This document shows, in pieces, positions 41,861 through 51,437 of a DNA stretch of 64,000 bases. Each line of letters opens with the position of its first letter. The first letter of the stretch is position 1. The stretch comes from Sphingomonadaceae bacterium. GTDB taxonomy: Bacteria > Pseudomonadota > Alphaproteobacteria > Sphingomonadales > Sphingomonadaceae. Made by a program: the position numbers and the translations under genes. The DNA is taken from positions 251,285 through 315,284 of the forward strand of contig RFPL01000002.1 in the NCBI GenBank assembly GCA_009926135.1, in the 5' to 3' direction. The notes below the pieces were generated by a model, which was not told where the DNA came from, did no database searches, and saw nothing but the letters and a program-made list of their open reading frames with translations.

Positions 41861-41882
41861 TCTCCTTGTCTTTGCAAGGAGA
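41861..41882 (-). promoter_or_regulatory. Hairpin whose 3' arm contains the aldolase Shine-Dalgarno (or terminator of the upstream amylase gene)
   Basis: mRNA sense UCUCCUUG-CAAAGA-CAAGGAGA, then GUUUGG-AUG. 8-bp stem. Confidence 0.3.
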
Positions 41883-41930
41883 CTAAGCCGATTCGCCGCG
41901 CTTGTCAGTGCCGAATGGAGCGTGGCTTGC

Positions 41931-43256
41931 CTAATCGATTTGCCAGCCCCAGCCTTTGAGGCTGATCCCCTTGTTGCCAGGCAGGGTCACCTTCACCGGG
42001 CTGGCGGAGAGATTGACGACAACCCGGACCTTGTCACCCGGCGCGGTCCGTCGGAACGCGAAGACCTTGTCATTGCCGGTTTCGATCAGTTCAAGATTGC
42101 CCGGTTCATGGCTGTTGGTCAGCGATGGATGATGCTTCTTCAGGGCCAGCAGCCGGCGATAGAAGCCGGCACGGGAATAGTTACCCCAATCGATCTGGTC
42201 CTTGTCAAAGAACTTGAGGCGTCGGTCGAAGGCGGATTCCTGTCCGCTATAGACCAGCGGCATGCCTGGCAGCGTGGCGGCCAGCACGGCCATGGCGTCA
42301 GCGCCATCGCCGTAAAGCTCGCGCTCGGTGCCGTTCCAGCTGTTCTCGTCATGGTTGCTGGTGAAAGTCATCCGATACGAGCCCGCTGGATAGCGGCGCG
42401 GCGGATCGGTGTAGAGCTTGCCCAGGTCACGGGCATTGGCCTTACCCTTGGCCACGTCGACCAATTTGTGGAACAGCACCCAGTCATAGGTCATGTCGAA
42501 GGCCTGCTGCTGCATTTCCGGCGTGTCAGCTTCGGCCAGCAGGAAGACCGGCTTGATCGCATCCAGCTTCGCGCGGGCATCGTTCCAGAACTCGACCGGC
42601 AGGGTCCAGGCGACATCGCAGCGGAAGCCATCGATGTTGGCGGTTCGGACCCAGTAACTCATCGCCTCGATCATGCCCTGGCGCACAGCGGGCTTAGAAT
42701 AGTCGAGCCCGATGACATCGGCCCAGACTTCTTTCTTGCCGGTGCTGAGATCGGTGTAGTTGTAGCCTTCCAGTTCGCCCGCCGCATTGCGCTTGTACCA
42801 ATCGGGGTGCTGCTCGACCCAGACGTTATCCCACCCGGTATGGTTGGCCACCCAGTCCAGGATCACCTTGAACCCTTGCTTGTGCGCCGTATCGACCAGG
42901 TGCTGGAAGTCTGCGAGCGTGCCATATTCGGGATTGACCGCGGAATAGTCGCTGACCGCGTAATAGCTGCCCAGCGAACCCTTGCGCATCTTCTTGCTGA
43001 TCGGGTTGATCGGCATGATCCACAACACGTCGACGCCCATCTTGCGCAGGCGCGGCAAGTGACGCTCAAAAGCCCTGAATGTGCCTTCGGGCGTGTATTG
43101 CCGGATATTGACCTCATAGATCGTGGCAGACTTCGCCCAGTGCGGGTGGCGGACCTGGCTGACGCCGTCGGTCAGCGGCAATTGCTGCGCGCGGGCCGCC
43201 GCCGGGCTTGCCGCCAGCACGAGTGCCAAGGTGCAGCCAATCCATCCATTCCGCAT
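41931..43256 (-). CDS. Secreted alpha-amylase family (GH13) glycoside hydrolase
   Basis: Signal peptide MRNGWIGCTLALVLAASPAAARA. Motifs GVDVLWIMPI, DGFRCDVA, LLAEAD, FTSNHDEN. Confidence 0.88.
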   Translation of the reverse strand: MRNGWIGCTLALVLAASPAAARAQQLPLTDGVSQVRHPHWAKSATIYEVNIRQYTPEGTFRAFERHLPRLRKMGVDVLWIMPINPISKKMRKGSLGSYYAVSDYSAVNPEYGTLADFQHLVDTAHKQGFKVILDWVANHTGWDNVWVEQHPDWYKRNAAGELEGYNYTDLSTGKKEVWADVIGLDYSKPAVRQGMIEAMSYWVRTANIDGFRCDVAWTLPVEFWNDARAKLDAIKPVFLLAEADTPEMQQQAFDMTYDWVLFHKLVDVAKGKANARDLGKLYTDPPRRYPAGSYRMTFTSNHDENSWNGTERELYGDGADAMAVLAATLPGMPLVYSGQESAFDRRLKFFDKDQIDWGNYSRAGFYRRLLALKKHHPSLTNSHEPGNLELIETGNDKVFAFRRTAPGDKVRVVVNLSASPVKVTLPGNKGISLKGWGWQID

Positions 43257-43344
43257 CGTCGCCTCTCCCTGGCTGCTTTGCAGGCAGTCTAACGCGATGC
43301 GCGGCAGAGCGCAGCCGATTGCGGAGAGGTATTCGTATGCGCAG

Positions 43345-44475
43345 CTATGCGCGCAGGTAGTCAGCCCGGAACTCCGACGCGAAGGTCGCAAAACGACCTT
43401 CGGCAATCGCCGCACGCATCGCTGCCATCAGCTGCTGGTAGAAGGTCAGATTGTGCTCGGTCAGCAGCATCGCGCCCAGAATTTCTCCGCTCTTGTGCAA
43501 GTGATGGAGGTAAGCGCGGCTGTATTTGGTGCAGCAATCGCCCGGGCAGCGCTCGTCAAGCGGAGCCGGATCCTCGGTGTGCCTAGCATTGCGCAGGTTG
43601 ACCGGGCCATTCCAGGTAAAGCCCTGACCGTTGCGGCCCGAGCGGCTCGGCAGGACGCAATCGAACATGTCGACTCCGCGCTCGACCGCGCCAACCAGGT
43701 CATCGGGCTTGCCCACGCCCATCAGGTAGCGCGGGCGGTCTGCTGGCAGCATGCCCGGCGCGAAATCAAGCGTGGCGAACATCGCCTCCTGCCCTTCGCC
43801 GACGGCCAGGCCGCCGATCGCATAGCCATCGAAGCCGATTTCCTGCAGGGCCTGGGCGCTTTCGCGCCGCAGGTCCTCGTTGAGCGCGCCCTGCTGGATC
43901 CCGAACAGGGCCGCGCGCTCAGCGTGTTCCTGTCCGCTGTCGAATCCGGCGCGGCTGCGGGCGGCCCAGCGCATCGACATCCGCATCGACTGGGCGATGG
44001 TGTCATAGGGCGCATCGGCGCGCGGACATTCATCGAAAGCCATGACGATGTCGCTGCCGAGCAGGCGCTGGATTTCCATCGAGCGTTCGGGGGTGATCAA
44101 ATGCCGACTGCCATCGAGGTGGCTTTTGAAGGTTACCCCGTCCTCGGTGATCTTGCGCAGGTCCGACAGGCTCATCACCTGATAGCCGCCACTGTCGGTC
44201 AGGATCGGGCGGTCCCAGTTCATGAACTTATGCAGCCCGCCCAGCCGGGCAACGCGCTCCGCCCCGGGCCGCAGCATCAGGTGGTAGGTGTTGCCAAGCA
44301 GAATATCCGCGCCGGTCGCGCGCACAGTCTCAGGCTTCATCGCCTTGACCGTTGCCGCCGTGCCAACGGGCATGAAGGCGGGCGTGCGGATCTCACCCCG
44401 CTGCATCCGGATCGTGCCGGTGCGGGCCTTGCCATCGGTGGCGTGGATATCGAACTGGAAGCGCGGCGCGGTCAT
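43345..44475 (-). CDS. tgt: Queuine/preQ1 tRNA-ribosyltransferase
   Basis: [23 protein letters not shown]...LTDSGGYQV...Zn site CxCxxC-like [17 protein letters not shown]. Confidence 0.97.
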   Translation of the reverse strand: MTAPRFQFDIHATDGKARTGTIRMQRGEIRTPAFMPVGTAATVKAMKPETVRATGADILLGNTYHLMLRPGAERVARLGGLHKFMNWDRPILTDSGGYQVMSLSDLRKITEDGVTFKSHLDGSRHLITPERSMEIQRLLGSDIVMAFDECPRADAPYDTIAQSMRMSMRWAARSRAGFDSGQEHAERAALFGIQQGALNEDLRRESAQALQEIGFDGYAIGGLAVGEGQEAMFATLDFAPGMLPADRPRYLMGVGKPDDLVGAVERGVDMFDCVLPSRSGRNGQGFTWNGPVNLRNARHTEDPAPLDERCPGDCCTKYSRAYLHHLHKSGEILGAMLLTEHNLTFYQQLMAAMRAAIAEGRFATFASEFRADYLRA

Positions 44476-44486
44476 GGCCGCACCCG

Positions 44487-44912
44487 CTAGACGAAACGGT
44501 TGCGCTCGACCAGTCCGACCAGCGCTGCGCGCATTTCATCCCAGGCGTGCTGTTCGGCGGCGTCGCTGGCTGGCACACCTGCTTCGATCACATCGACCAG
44601 TGTCTCGATCAGGCCGCGAAACCAGTCCGGCGGCACGTCCAGCGCAACCCGATGATGCGGCACCGAGGTATCGAAATAGATCCGCGCCTCGGTCGGCGAT
44701 TCGAACCAGGTCATCACGTAATAGAGCGTGTTGCCGACCATCTCGGCCTCAAGCCGTTCGGGCCCATGCGGCGCATGGTGGACGAAACTGGCGCGAGCAT
44801 CCGGGTAGCGGCGGTAATATTCCGCCATCACCGGCACCGTCAGATCGCCCAGAACTTCCGCTGCTCGTTCCAGCCGCGCTTCGATCGCGGCCTGGCTTTG
44901 CTTGTTGTCCAT
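44487..44912 (-). CDS. Hypothetical all-helical protein, possibly globin/truncated-haemoglobin-like fold
   Basis: 141 aa, ends 11 nt before the tgt [18 protein letters not shown] and [29 protein letters not shown] resemble globin B-helix and F/G-helix patterns. The fold call is weak. Confidence 0.6.
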   Translation of the reverse strand: MDNKQSQAAIEARLERAAEVLGDLTVPVMAEYYRRYPDARASFVHHAPHGPERLEAEMVGNTLYYVMTWFESPTEARIYFDTSVPHHRVALDVPPDWFRGLIETLVDVIEAGVPASDAAEQHAWDEMRAALVGLVERNRFV

Positions 44913-45008
44913 CCATTCCTCCGGCGCAGAGGTTAGTTGCCAAGCAGCGATACTGTCTTGTCCGAAATCAACTGTCGGCCACCAAAGACGCGCGGATCAA
45001 GCACGCCC

Positions 45009-45536
45009 TCAATCGGCGGCGGCTGGCATGAACCTGGCCGCGATGCGCTTGATCGCCTCGACGAACAGCCCGAGGAACAGCCCGCCGACAACGGTCGCCA
45101 TGGCCAGTTCGGCAAAATCGATCTTGAGCTGAATCAGCGGTGCGGCTGCCACGGTGAGGAACAGCATCGCTGCCGCGTTGAACAGGAACGGCAGAACGTT
45201 GATCACCTGCAGGTAGATCGCCGCCACCATGATCAACAGGCCCAGGATCGTGCCGTTGTTGCCCATGGTGCTGGTCAGGTAAACCACCTGCCAGGCCAGC
45301 GCGATCCCGACCAGTGCCCCGGCAATGGTTGCCGGAAGGCGCTTGATTTCAAGCGCTTCAAGATTGGCCCAGTGCCACAGCAGCAGGAACGCGCCAAACA
45401 GCGATACGCCGGAGAACAAGGCTGTGCCGATGATCGCCCAGGCCACCACGGCCACCACGACGATGGCTACAATCCCGAGCCCGGCCAGCGGTCCAGGCGC
45501 CGCTGCGGGCGCCGCATTCGTCTCTGTCATGAACAT
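45009..45536 (-). CDS. Integral membrane protein (about 5 TM), unknown family
   Basis: Hydrophobic throughout with GC3-rich codons. Confidence 0.65.
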   Translation of the reverse strand: MFMTETNAAPAAAPGPLAGLGIVAIVVVAVVAWAIIGTALFSGVSLFGAFLLLWHWANLEALEIKRLPATIAGALVGIALAWQVVYLTSTMGNNGTILGLLIMVAAIYLQVINVLPFLFNAAAMLFLTVAAAPLIQLKIDFAELAMATVVGGLFLGLFVEAIKRIAARFMPAAAD

Positions 45537-45635
45537 TCCCCTCCGCCTGGCCGTGTTGTGGCCTTGTGGCTGAGGCGATCAGAGCCGAAGCAGCGCCCGG
45601 TAGCAAGCCGGGAATTCACTGTCGCAGACCAGGAC

Positions 45636-46643
45636 CTATCCGGCGTGATGTTTGGCAATCGTGGCCGGATCGAGCCGCAGGAAGCGGGCGGCGTTATTAT
45701 AGAGGATATCGCGCTTCTGTTCGCGGCTCAGGAAAGGCGCTTCCTCGATTACCTTGATCGAGCGCTCGATCGTTTCGGGCCAGACCATCTGGTCCGAACC
45801 GAACATTATCCGCTGCCCGAACCCGGCATCAACCAGCGCCTGCAAATAGCGGTAAAACGCAGGACGGGGCTGGGTGTAGACGATTACCCCGGTATCCAGA
45901 TAGACTTGCGGGTGCGCGTAAAGCAGCGCCAGCGTATCATCCAGCATCGGGAATCCGGCGTGCATCACGTTGACGCGCAGCTTCGGATGCTTGACCAGCA
46001 CGTCCTCCAGCGCCAGCGGGCTGGAGAGCTTCGCGCGGTAGCCGGAGCCCGGCATATAGGCCACTCCCGGCGGCCCGGGGCCAAAGTGAACGGCGACCGG
46101 AATATCGTTGGCTTCGGCAGCGGCCCACAGCGGTTCGAGCGCCGGATCAGTGACCGCAACACCATCATACTGGAAACCCAGCTCGCCGATCACGGCCAGC
46201 ATCCCGCTATCCTTGCCGCCCTTGAGCTCTTCCGCCATGCCGGGCTTGAACGGGAATTCCGGCGTCAGGCTGGGGATGACCCGGTCTGGTGATGCCTTTC
46301 GCCATTCCGACACCAAGCGGAACCGACCGCTGACCACACCGTAGACATTGTTGCGCTCCATCACCGCCAGCGTGCGCTTCATCAGCTCTGCATCGGTTAC
46401 GGGTGACCAGATCGGATCGGCACAGGCGGGTTGCTTGAACGGCCCGATGAAGTTCTGCAGGGCGGGCTTCGCAGGATCCCATGTCGGCATCGGATTCATA
46501 GGGGTGCACATGGCCAGAGGTGGCGGCCCCTGGTCATTCGCGGCCAGCGCATGGACGTGCATATCGATTACGGGCGGGCGCGCGATGGCACCATTCGTCC
46601 AGCCGGCCAGCAGCACGGCTGCCATCAAGTTCAACTTTCGCAT
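45636..46643 (-). CDS. Amidohydrolase-family metal hydrolase with signal peptide
   Basis: MRKLNLMAAVLLAGWTNGAIA followed by PVIDMHVHA. Later HFG...H and FGSD motifs. Confidence 0.8.
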   Translation of the reverse strand: MRKLNLMAAVLLAGWTNGAIARPPVIDMHVHALAANDQGPPPLAMCTPMNPMPTWDPAKPALQNFIGPFKQPACADPIWSPVTDAELMKRTLAVMERNNVYGVVSGRFRLVSEWRKASPDRVIPSLTPEFPFKPGMAEELKGGKDSGMLAVIGELGFQYDGVAVTDPALEPLWAAAEANDIPVAVHFGPGPPGVAYMPGSGYRAKLSSPLALEDVLVKHPKLRVNVMHAGFPMLDDTLALLYAHPQVYLDTGVIVYTQPRPAFYRYLQALVDAGFGQRIMFGSDQMVWPETIERSIKVIEEAPFLSREQKRDILYNNAARFLRLDPATIAKHHAG

Positions 46644-46727
46644 CGTGCGGATTAGCCCTCTTCTGCCAAAGGCTTATCCTGCAAAGGTCGATCAGCTTTG
46701 GCAATGCGGTAGTTAAACCATGTCCGG

Positions 46728-47762
46728 TCAGTCCACAGGCAAGAGCAGGCTGCTGTCCCCATAGGAATAGAACCGGTACTCGTTGGCGATCGCATGGGCA
46801 TAGGCTGCCTGCATCCGCTCCAGCCCCATCAGCGCGCTGACCAGCATGAACAGGGTGGACTTTGGCAGGTGAAAATTCGTCACCAGTGCATCGATGCCCT
46901 TGAAGCGATAGCCGGGCGTGATGAAGATCGAGGTATCTCCCTCGAACGGATGGATCACCCGCTCATCATCCGCCGCGCTTTCCAGCAGGCGCAGGCTGGT
47001 GGTGCCGACAGCGACGATCCGGTTGCCGCGCTCCCGGACCGCATTAAGCCGGGTGGCGGTCCCGGCCGCGATGACGCCCCATTCAGCGTGCATCTGGTGG
47101 TCCGTAGTGTCGTCTGCCTTGACCGGCAGGAACGTGCCCGCTCCGACATGGAGGGTCAGCGTTTCATGGCCGATCCCCTGCGCGGCCAGTGCTTCCATCA
47201 AGCGCGGGGTAAAGTGCAGCGCGGCAGTCGGGGCGGCAACGGCACCGTCCTTGGCCGCGAACATGGTCTGGTAATCGCTCTTGTCAGCCTCGTCGATTGC
47301 GCGCTTGCCGGCGATGTAGGGTGGCAGTGGCACCTGACCCGCCCGGTCGAGCAGCACTTCAACCGGCTCATCGCCAGCGAAGGCCAGCGTCCAACTGCCA
47401 TCAGCGTGGCGATCTTCCGCGATCGCAGTCACCCCGGCAGCAAATTCGATCAGATCACCAGCTTTCAGTCGCTTGCCATTCCGGACAAAGGCCTGCCAGC
47501 GGCGCAGATCGATCCGCTTGTGCAGCGTCGCGCCGATCCGGGCCTGGCCGCGATAACCTTCTAGCTGGGCCGGAATGACGCGGGTGTCATTGAACACCAG
47601 GACATCGCCCGGCGCGAGCAGGTCGGGCAGGTCCAGCACACCCCTGTCGGCCAAGTCGCCCCGCCCCGGTACATAGAGCAGCCGTGCCGAATCGCGCGGG
47701 CGGGCGGGCCGCAGGGCGATCCGGTCAGTCGGAAGGTCGAAATCGAACAGGTCAACGCGCAT
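46728..47762 (-). CDS. queA: S-adenosylmethionine:tRNA ribosyltransferase-isomerase
   Basis: [29 protein letters not shown]...[11 protein letters not shown]...[11 protein letters not shown]. Confidence 0.97.
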   Translation of the reverse strand: MRVDLFDFDLPTDRIALRPARPRDSARLLYVPGRGDLADRGVLDLPDLLAPGDVLVFNDTRVIPAQLEGYRGQARIGATLHKRIDLRRWQAFVRNGKRLKAGDLIEFAAGVTAIAEDRHADGSWTLAFAGDEPVEVLLDRAGQVPLPPYIAGKRAIDEADKSDYQTMFAAKDGAVAAPTAALHFTPRLMEALAAQGIGHETLTLHVGAGTFLPVKADDTTDHQMHAEWGVIAAGTATRLNAVRERGNRIVAVGTTSLRLLESAADDERVIHPFEGDTSIFITPGYRFKGIDALVTNFHLPKSTLFMLVSALMGLERMQAAYAHAIANEYRFYSYGDSSLLLPVD

Positions 47763-47811
47763 GGCCGCGCCCTAGCGGTCGACGATCAGCGGTCAAGCCT
47801 GGGATATGGGC

Positions 47812-48498
47812 TCAATTGGACTTGGAGTTGCTCAACATCTCGGCCGAGATCGCCGCCGGGGCAGCAACCGGCGCAGCCGGGCGGGGCTTGCCCTCACTTA
47901 GCAGCGAGGCTTGCACGATCTTGGTCGGGGCTGCTGGCGGCTCGCCGCGCTCAATCGAGTCGACATAGTCCATACCCGCGATCACGCGGCCAAAGTTGGT
48001 ATAGCGGTGATCCAGCGCGAAGCGCGGATAGAAGACGATGAAGAACTGGCTGTTGGCCGTATCGGGCTGATCGGTCCGGGCCATCGAGACCGAACCGCGC
48101 ACGTGCGGGATGTAATTGAACTCCGCCTTCAGGTCAGGCAGCGGCGAACCGCCCTGCCCGGTCCCGGTCGGATCGCCGGTCTGAGCCATGAACCCATCGA
48201 TCACGCGGTGGAAGATGATGCCATTGTAAAAGCCCTGCGCCGCAAGCGTCTTGATCCGCTCGACATGGCCCGGCGCCCAGGATGGCATCAGCCGGATCAG
48301 CACCCGGCCGCCATTCGAAAGGTCGAGCGCCAGGATGTTTTCCGGCTCGAACGCCGGGTCAGGATTGATAACGGCGCTCATCGTCGGAGCAGCGGGGGCC
48401 GGAGCAGCTGCGGCCGGCGCGGCCTTGTCCTGCGCCAGGCCGGGTGCGGTAAACAGGGCCACGCCCAGGGCAACGGCAGTAAGCTTGGCTCGGATCAT
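47812..48498 (-). CDS. Periplasmic cyclophilin-type peptidyl-prolyl isomerase
   Basis: Signal peptide plus FHRVIDGFMAQTGDPTGTGQGGS and SMARTDQPDTANSQFFI. Confidence 0.93.
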   Translation of the reverse strand: MIRAKLTAVALGVALFTAPGLAQDKAAPAAAAPAPAAPTMSAVINPDPAFEPENILALDLSNGGRVLIRLMPSWAPGHVERIKTLAAQGFYNGIIFHRVIDGFMAQTGDPTGTGQGGSPLPDLKAEFNYIPHVRGSVSMARTDQPDTANSQFFIVFYPRFALDHRYTNFGRVIAGMDYVDSIERGEPPAAPTKIVQASLLSEGKPRPAAPVAAPAAISAEMLSNSKSN

Positions 48499-48583
48499 CA
48501 GGTCAGGTCTCGAAAACTGGAGGGTCGCTCGTGCAGGCGCGGGATAGCCGCGTCAGCCTGTCGTGGCAATGAACGGCGGCAGA

Positions 48584-49096
48584 CTATAAACCGCGCGGTC
48601 CGCCTGCCTTGGCAATTTGTGAAAGGACATCGGCGCAAACCGGCGGCGTGACGAACTTGGAGATATCACCGCCATAAACCGCGATCTCCTTGACCAACCG
48701 GGAGGCGATTGGTTGCAGCGACACGTCGGCCATCAGGAAGATCGTTTCGACCCGGTCGTTCAGCTGGCGGTTCATGCCGGTCAGCTGATATTCGTATTCG
48801 AAGTCGGTCACTCCGCGAATCCCGCGGATGACGACCGATGCGCCCTGGCTTTCAGCAAAGTCCATCAACAGCGAGTTGAAACCCACGACCTGAATGTTGG
48901 CGTCACCGATGGTCGCAACTTCGCGTTCGACCATGGCGATCCGCTCTGGGTCCGAAAACATCGGCGACTTGGCAATGTTGGTCGTGACGCCAATGATCAG
49001 CCTGTCCACCAGCTTTGCCCCGCGGGCAATGATGTCCATGTGCCCGAGCGTAATCGGGTCAAACGTCCCTGGATAAACCCCCACCCGTTCCGCCAT
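48584..49096 (-). CDS. coaD: Phosphopantetheine adenylyltransferase
   Basis: VGVYPGTFDPITLGHMDII. ATG overlaps the ispA stop (ATGA). Confidence 0.95.
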   Translation of the reverse strand: MAERVGVYPGTFDPITLGHMDIIARGAKLVDRLIIGVTTNIAKSPMFSDPERIAMVEREVATIGDANIQVVGFNSLLMDFAESQGASVVIRGIRGVTDFEYEYQLTGMNRQLNDRVETIFLMADVSLQPIASRLVKEIAVYGGDISKFVTPPVCADVLSQIAKAGGPRGL

Positions 49097-49998
49097 CAGT
49101 GGTCCCTCTCCACAATGAACCGCGCCAGATCGCGCAGCAGATCCGCCTCTGCCCCATGCTGCCCCAGATGCGCAATGGCCTGATCAACCAGCATCCGGGC
49201 CTGTTCGCGGGCGCGATCAGGGCCGAGCAGCGAAACGAAGGTCGCCTTTCCGGCGGCGGCATCCTTGCCCACGGCCTTCCCGGCCTTTTCGGCATCGCCT
49301 TCGTAATCCAGCAGGTCGTCGGCGATCTGGAACGCAAGGCCGATGTCGCGGGCATAGCCGCGCAGGTGCGCCCGCCCTTCGATCGGCACCCGGCCCAGCA
49401 CCGCCCCCAGCTCAACCGCAGCGCCCAGCAGCGCCCCGGTCTTGAGCTGTTGCAGCTTGGTAATGGTGTGAAGATCGAACGTGGTCGTTTCGGCCACGAT
49501 GTCCATCATCTGGCCACCGGCCATGCCGTTCCAGCCGCTGGCGGTGGCCAGGACCTGGATCAGTTCAGCCCGAACAAACGGGTCAGTGCTGGAGGACGTG
49601 TCGGTCAGGATCTCGAAGGCAAAATCGTGCAGCGCATCGCCGGCCAAGACCGCCGTGGCCTCGTCGAAAGCCAGGTGCGTGGTCGGTTTGCCGTGGCGCA
49701 TGGCATCATTGTCCATGCACGGCAGATCGTCGTGGACCAGCGAATAGACGTGGATCGCCTCGATCGCGCAGCCGACCCGCAGCGCCGCCGCACGATCAAC
49801 CCCGTATAGCGCCGCCGTGGCCGTCACCAGCAGCGGGCGGAGCCGTTTGCCCCCGCCGAGCAAGGCATAGCGCATCGCTTCAACCAGCCGCGCCCGCGGA
49901 TCATCCGGGACTGGCAGCAGGGCATCGAACAACGCCGCGACATCGCTGCCGATGTCCAGAATGGCCTGAGCCAGCAGCGGGGTTGCCCTGCCCGTCAT
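49096..49998 (-). CDS. ispA: Polyprenyl (farnesyl/geranylgeranyl) diphosphate synthase
   Basis: First Asp-rich motif LVHDDLPCMDNDAMRHG, second FQIADDLLDY. Sits downstream of xseB as in many bacteria. Confidence 0.9.
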   Translation of the reverse strand: MTGRATPLLAQAILDIGSDVAALFDALLPVPDDPRARLVEAMRYALLGGGKRLRPLLVTATAALYGVDRAAALRVGCAIEAIHVYSLVHDDLPCMDNDAMRHGKPTTHLAFDEATAVLAGDALHDFAFEILTDTSSSTDPFVRAELIQVLATASGWNGMAGGQMMDIVAETTTFDLHTITKLQQLKTGALLGAAVELGAVLGRVPIEGRAHLRGYARDIGLAFQIADDLLDYEGDAEKAGKAVGKDAAAGKATFVSLLGPDRAREQARMLVDQAIAHLGQHGAEADLLRDLARFIVERDH

Positions 49999-50002
49999 GG
50001 GG

Positions 50003-50260
50003 TCAGCGCCCGGCTTCGGGATCGAACGGGCGCGTTCCGGTGGCCTGGCCATCAGCACCGGCAATGATCTGCTCGATCTTCAACTGGGCGGCGTCGAGGC
50101 GTGCCTGGCAATGCTGGCGCAGCTTCTCGCCCCGCTCATAGAGTTCGATCGAACTGTCCAGCGGCACTTCGCCCCCTTCCAGCTTGCGAACGATGTCCTC
50201 CAGCGCGCGCAGCGCATCCTCGAAGCTCAGGGCGGCAATATCGGAATTGTTTTCGCTCAT
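50003..50260 (-). CDS. xseB: Exodeoxyribonuclease VII small subunit
   Basis: LSFEDALRALEDIVRKLEGGEVPLDSSIELYERGEKL. Confidence 0.9.
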   Translation of the reverse strand: MSENNSDIAALSFEDALRALEDIVRKLEGGEVPLDSSIELYERGEKLRQHCQARLDAAQLKIEQIIAGADGQATGTRPFDPEAGR

Positions 50261-50322
50261 CGGCACGCAGCATTGACCGCGCCCGCCGCGCCGGTCAAGC
50301 TGATCGGCAAGGGAGAAATACG

Positions 50323-50724
50323 ATGCAGTGGATTACCGCCTATGTGACTGCCGCCGTGGCGTTTGGCGTGCTGGACGCACTGTGGCTGCGCTGGGCGGCC
50401 CCGAACCTTTACCGCCCACTGATTGGCGAGATGCTGGCAGACAGTTTCCGGATGGTCCCGGCGCTGGTGTTCTATGCGCTTTATATTGCCGGGATGGTCT
50501 GGTTCGCGGTCCGTCCGGGGCTGGCGCTGGGCGTGCCGCACGGCGTGCTCAATGGGGCCCTGTTCGGCGCGATCTGCTATGCCACGTATGACCTGACCAA
50601 CCAGGCCACGCTCAAGGTATGGTCAACCCAGATGACGTTGATCGACATCGCCTGGGGCGCATCGGCCACCGCGTTGGCCAGCGGGCTGGCAGTCTTCGCG
50701 GTGCAGAAGCTCGCTGCGCAATAG
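50323..50724 (+). CDS. DUF2177-like small membrane protein
   Basis: MQWITAYVTAAVAFGVLDALWLRW... with four hydrophobic segments. GGGAGA upstream of ATG 50323. Family name is from memory. Confidence 0.65.
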   Translation: MQWITAYVTAAVAFGVLDALWLRWAAPNLYRPLIGEMLADSFRMVPALVFYALYIAGMVWFAVRPGLALGVPHGVLNGALFGAICYATYDLTNQATLKVWSTQMTLIDIAWGASATALASGLAVFAVQKLAAQ

Positions 50725-50748
50725 GGTTTTATCGGGAGGGGGACAGCC

Positions 50749-51396
50749 ATGTTCATCGGCCACTGGGCACCGGCCCTTGCCGCGGCTGCAGCCAGCAAGC
50801 GCGCGCCACGGATTGGCGCGCTGTTCATTGCCGCGCAGCTGGTCGACTGGGCATTCTTTGGCCTGCTGCTGGCGGGCGCGGAGCACATGCGGTTTTCGCC
50901 CGGCATCAGCGTGATGAACCCGATGGACCTCTACCACATGCCCATCACGCATAGCCTGCTGGGCGCGGCAGGGTTTGCGGCTGCTTTCGCCGCGCTGGCC
51001 TGGCTGAGCTGCAAGGACGGCACGGCCGCGCTGATCGGCGGTGCGGTGGTGCTGTCACACTGGTTCCTCGACCTGCTGGTCCATGTGCCCGACCTCACCC
51101 TCGCGGGCAGCCCGCCAAAGCTGGGCTTCGGCCTGTGGAACCATCCCTGGATCGAGATGCCGCTGGAAATCGGCATTACGCTGGGGGCTCTGTGGTGGTA
51201 CGCCAAGGTGCGCCGCCCTGCCCGCCTGACCGTGATCGCACTCGCGATGATCCTGCTGGCGCTTCAGGCGGTCAACTGGTTTGGCCCGGTCGAGCCGGTT
51301 GTGACCGCCGGAACCAGCCTGCTGGCCTTCTTCGCCTACGGACTGGCGACGGTGATGGCCTGGTGGATGGGGAAAACCGAGCACGCGGGCCGCTGA
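50749..51396 (+). CDS. Integral membrane protein (possibly YdjM/DUF457-like membrane hydrolase)
   Basis: MFIGHWAP..., ITHSLLG and LSHWFLDLLVH are His-containing motifs in TM helices. Confidence 0.6.
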   Translation: MFIGHWAPALAAAAASKRAPRIGALFIAAQLVDWAFFGLLLAGAEHMRFSPGISVMNPMDLYHMPITHSLLGAAGFAAAFAALAWLSCKDGTAALIGGAVVLSHWFLDLLVHVPDLTLAGSPPKLGFGLWNHPWIEMPLEIGITLGALWWYAKVRRPARLTVIALAMILLALQAVNWFGPVEPVVTAGTSLLAFFAYGLATVMAWWMGKTEHAGR

Positions 51397-51437
51397 ACGG
51401 ACTCGCCTTAGCCAGACTGGCTCGCTAAGGCCCGGCC

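Noticed and set aside
41847-46292. Long plus-strand ORFs 41847-43292, 43123-44490 and 44937-46292
   Set aside because: They are antisense to the GH13 gene, tgt and the amidohydrolase/membrane genes, so they are shadow frames.
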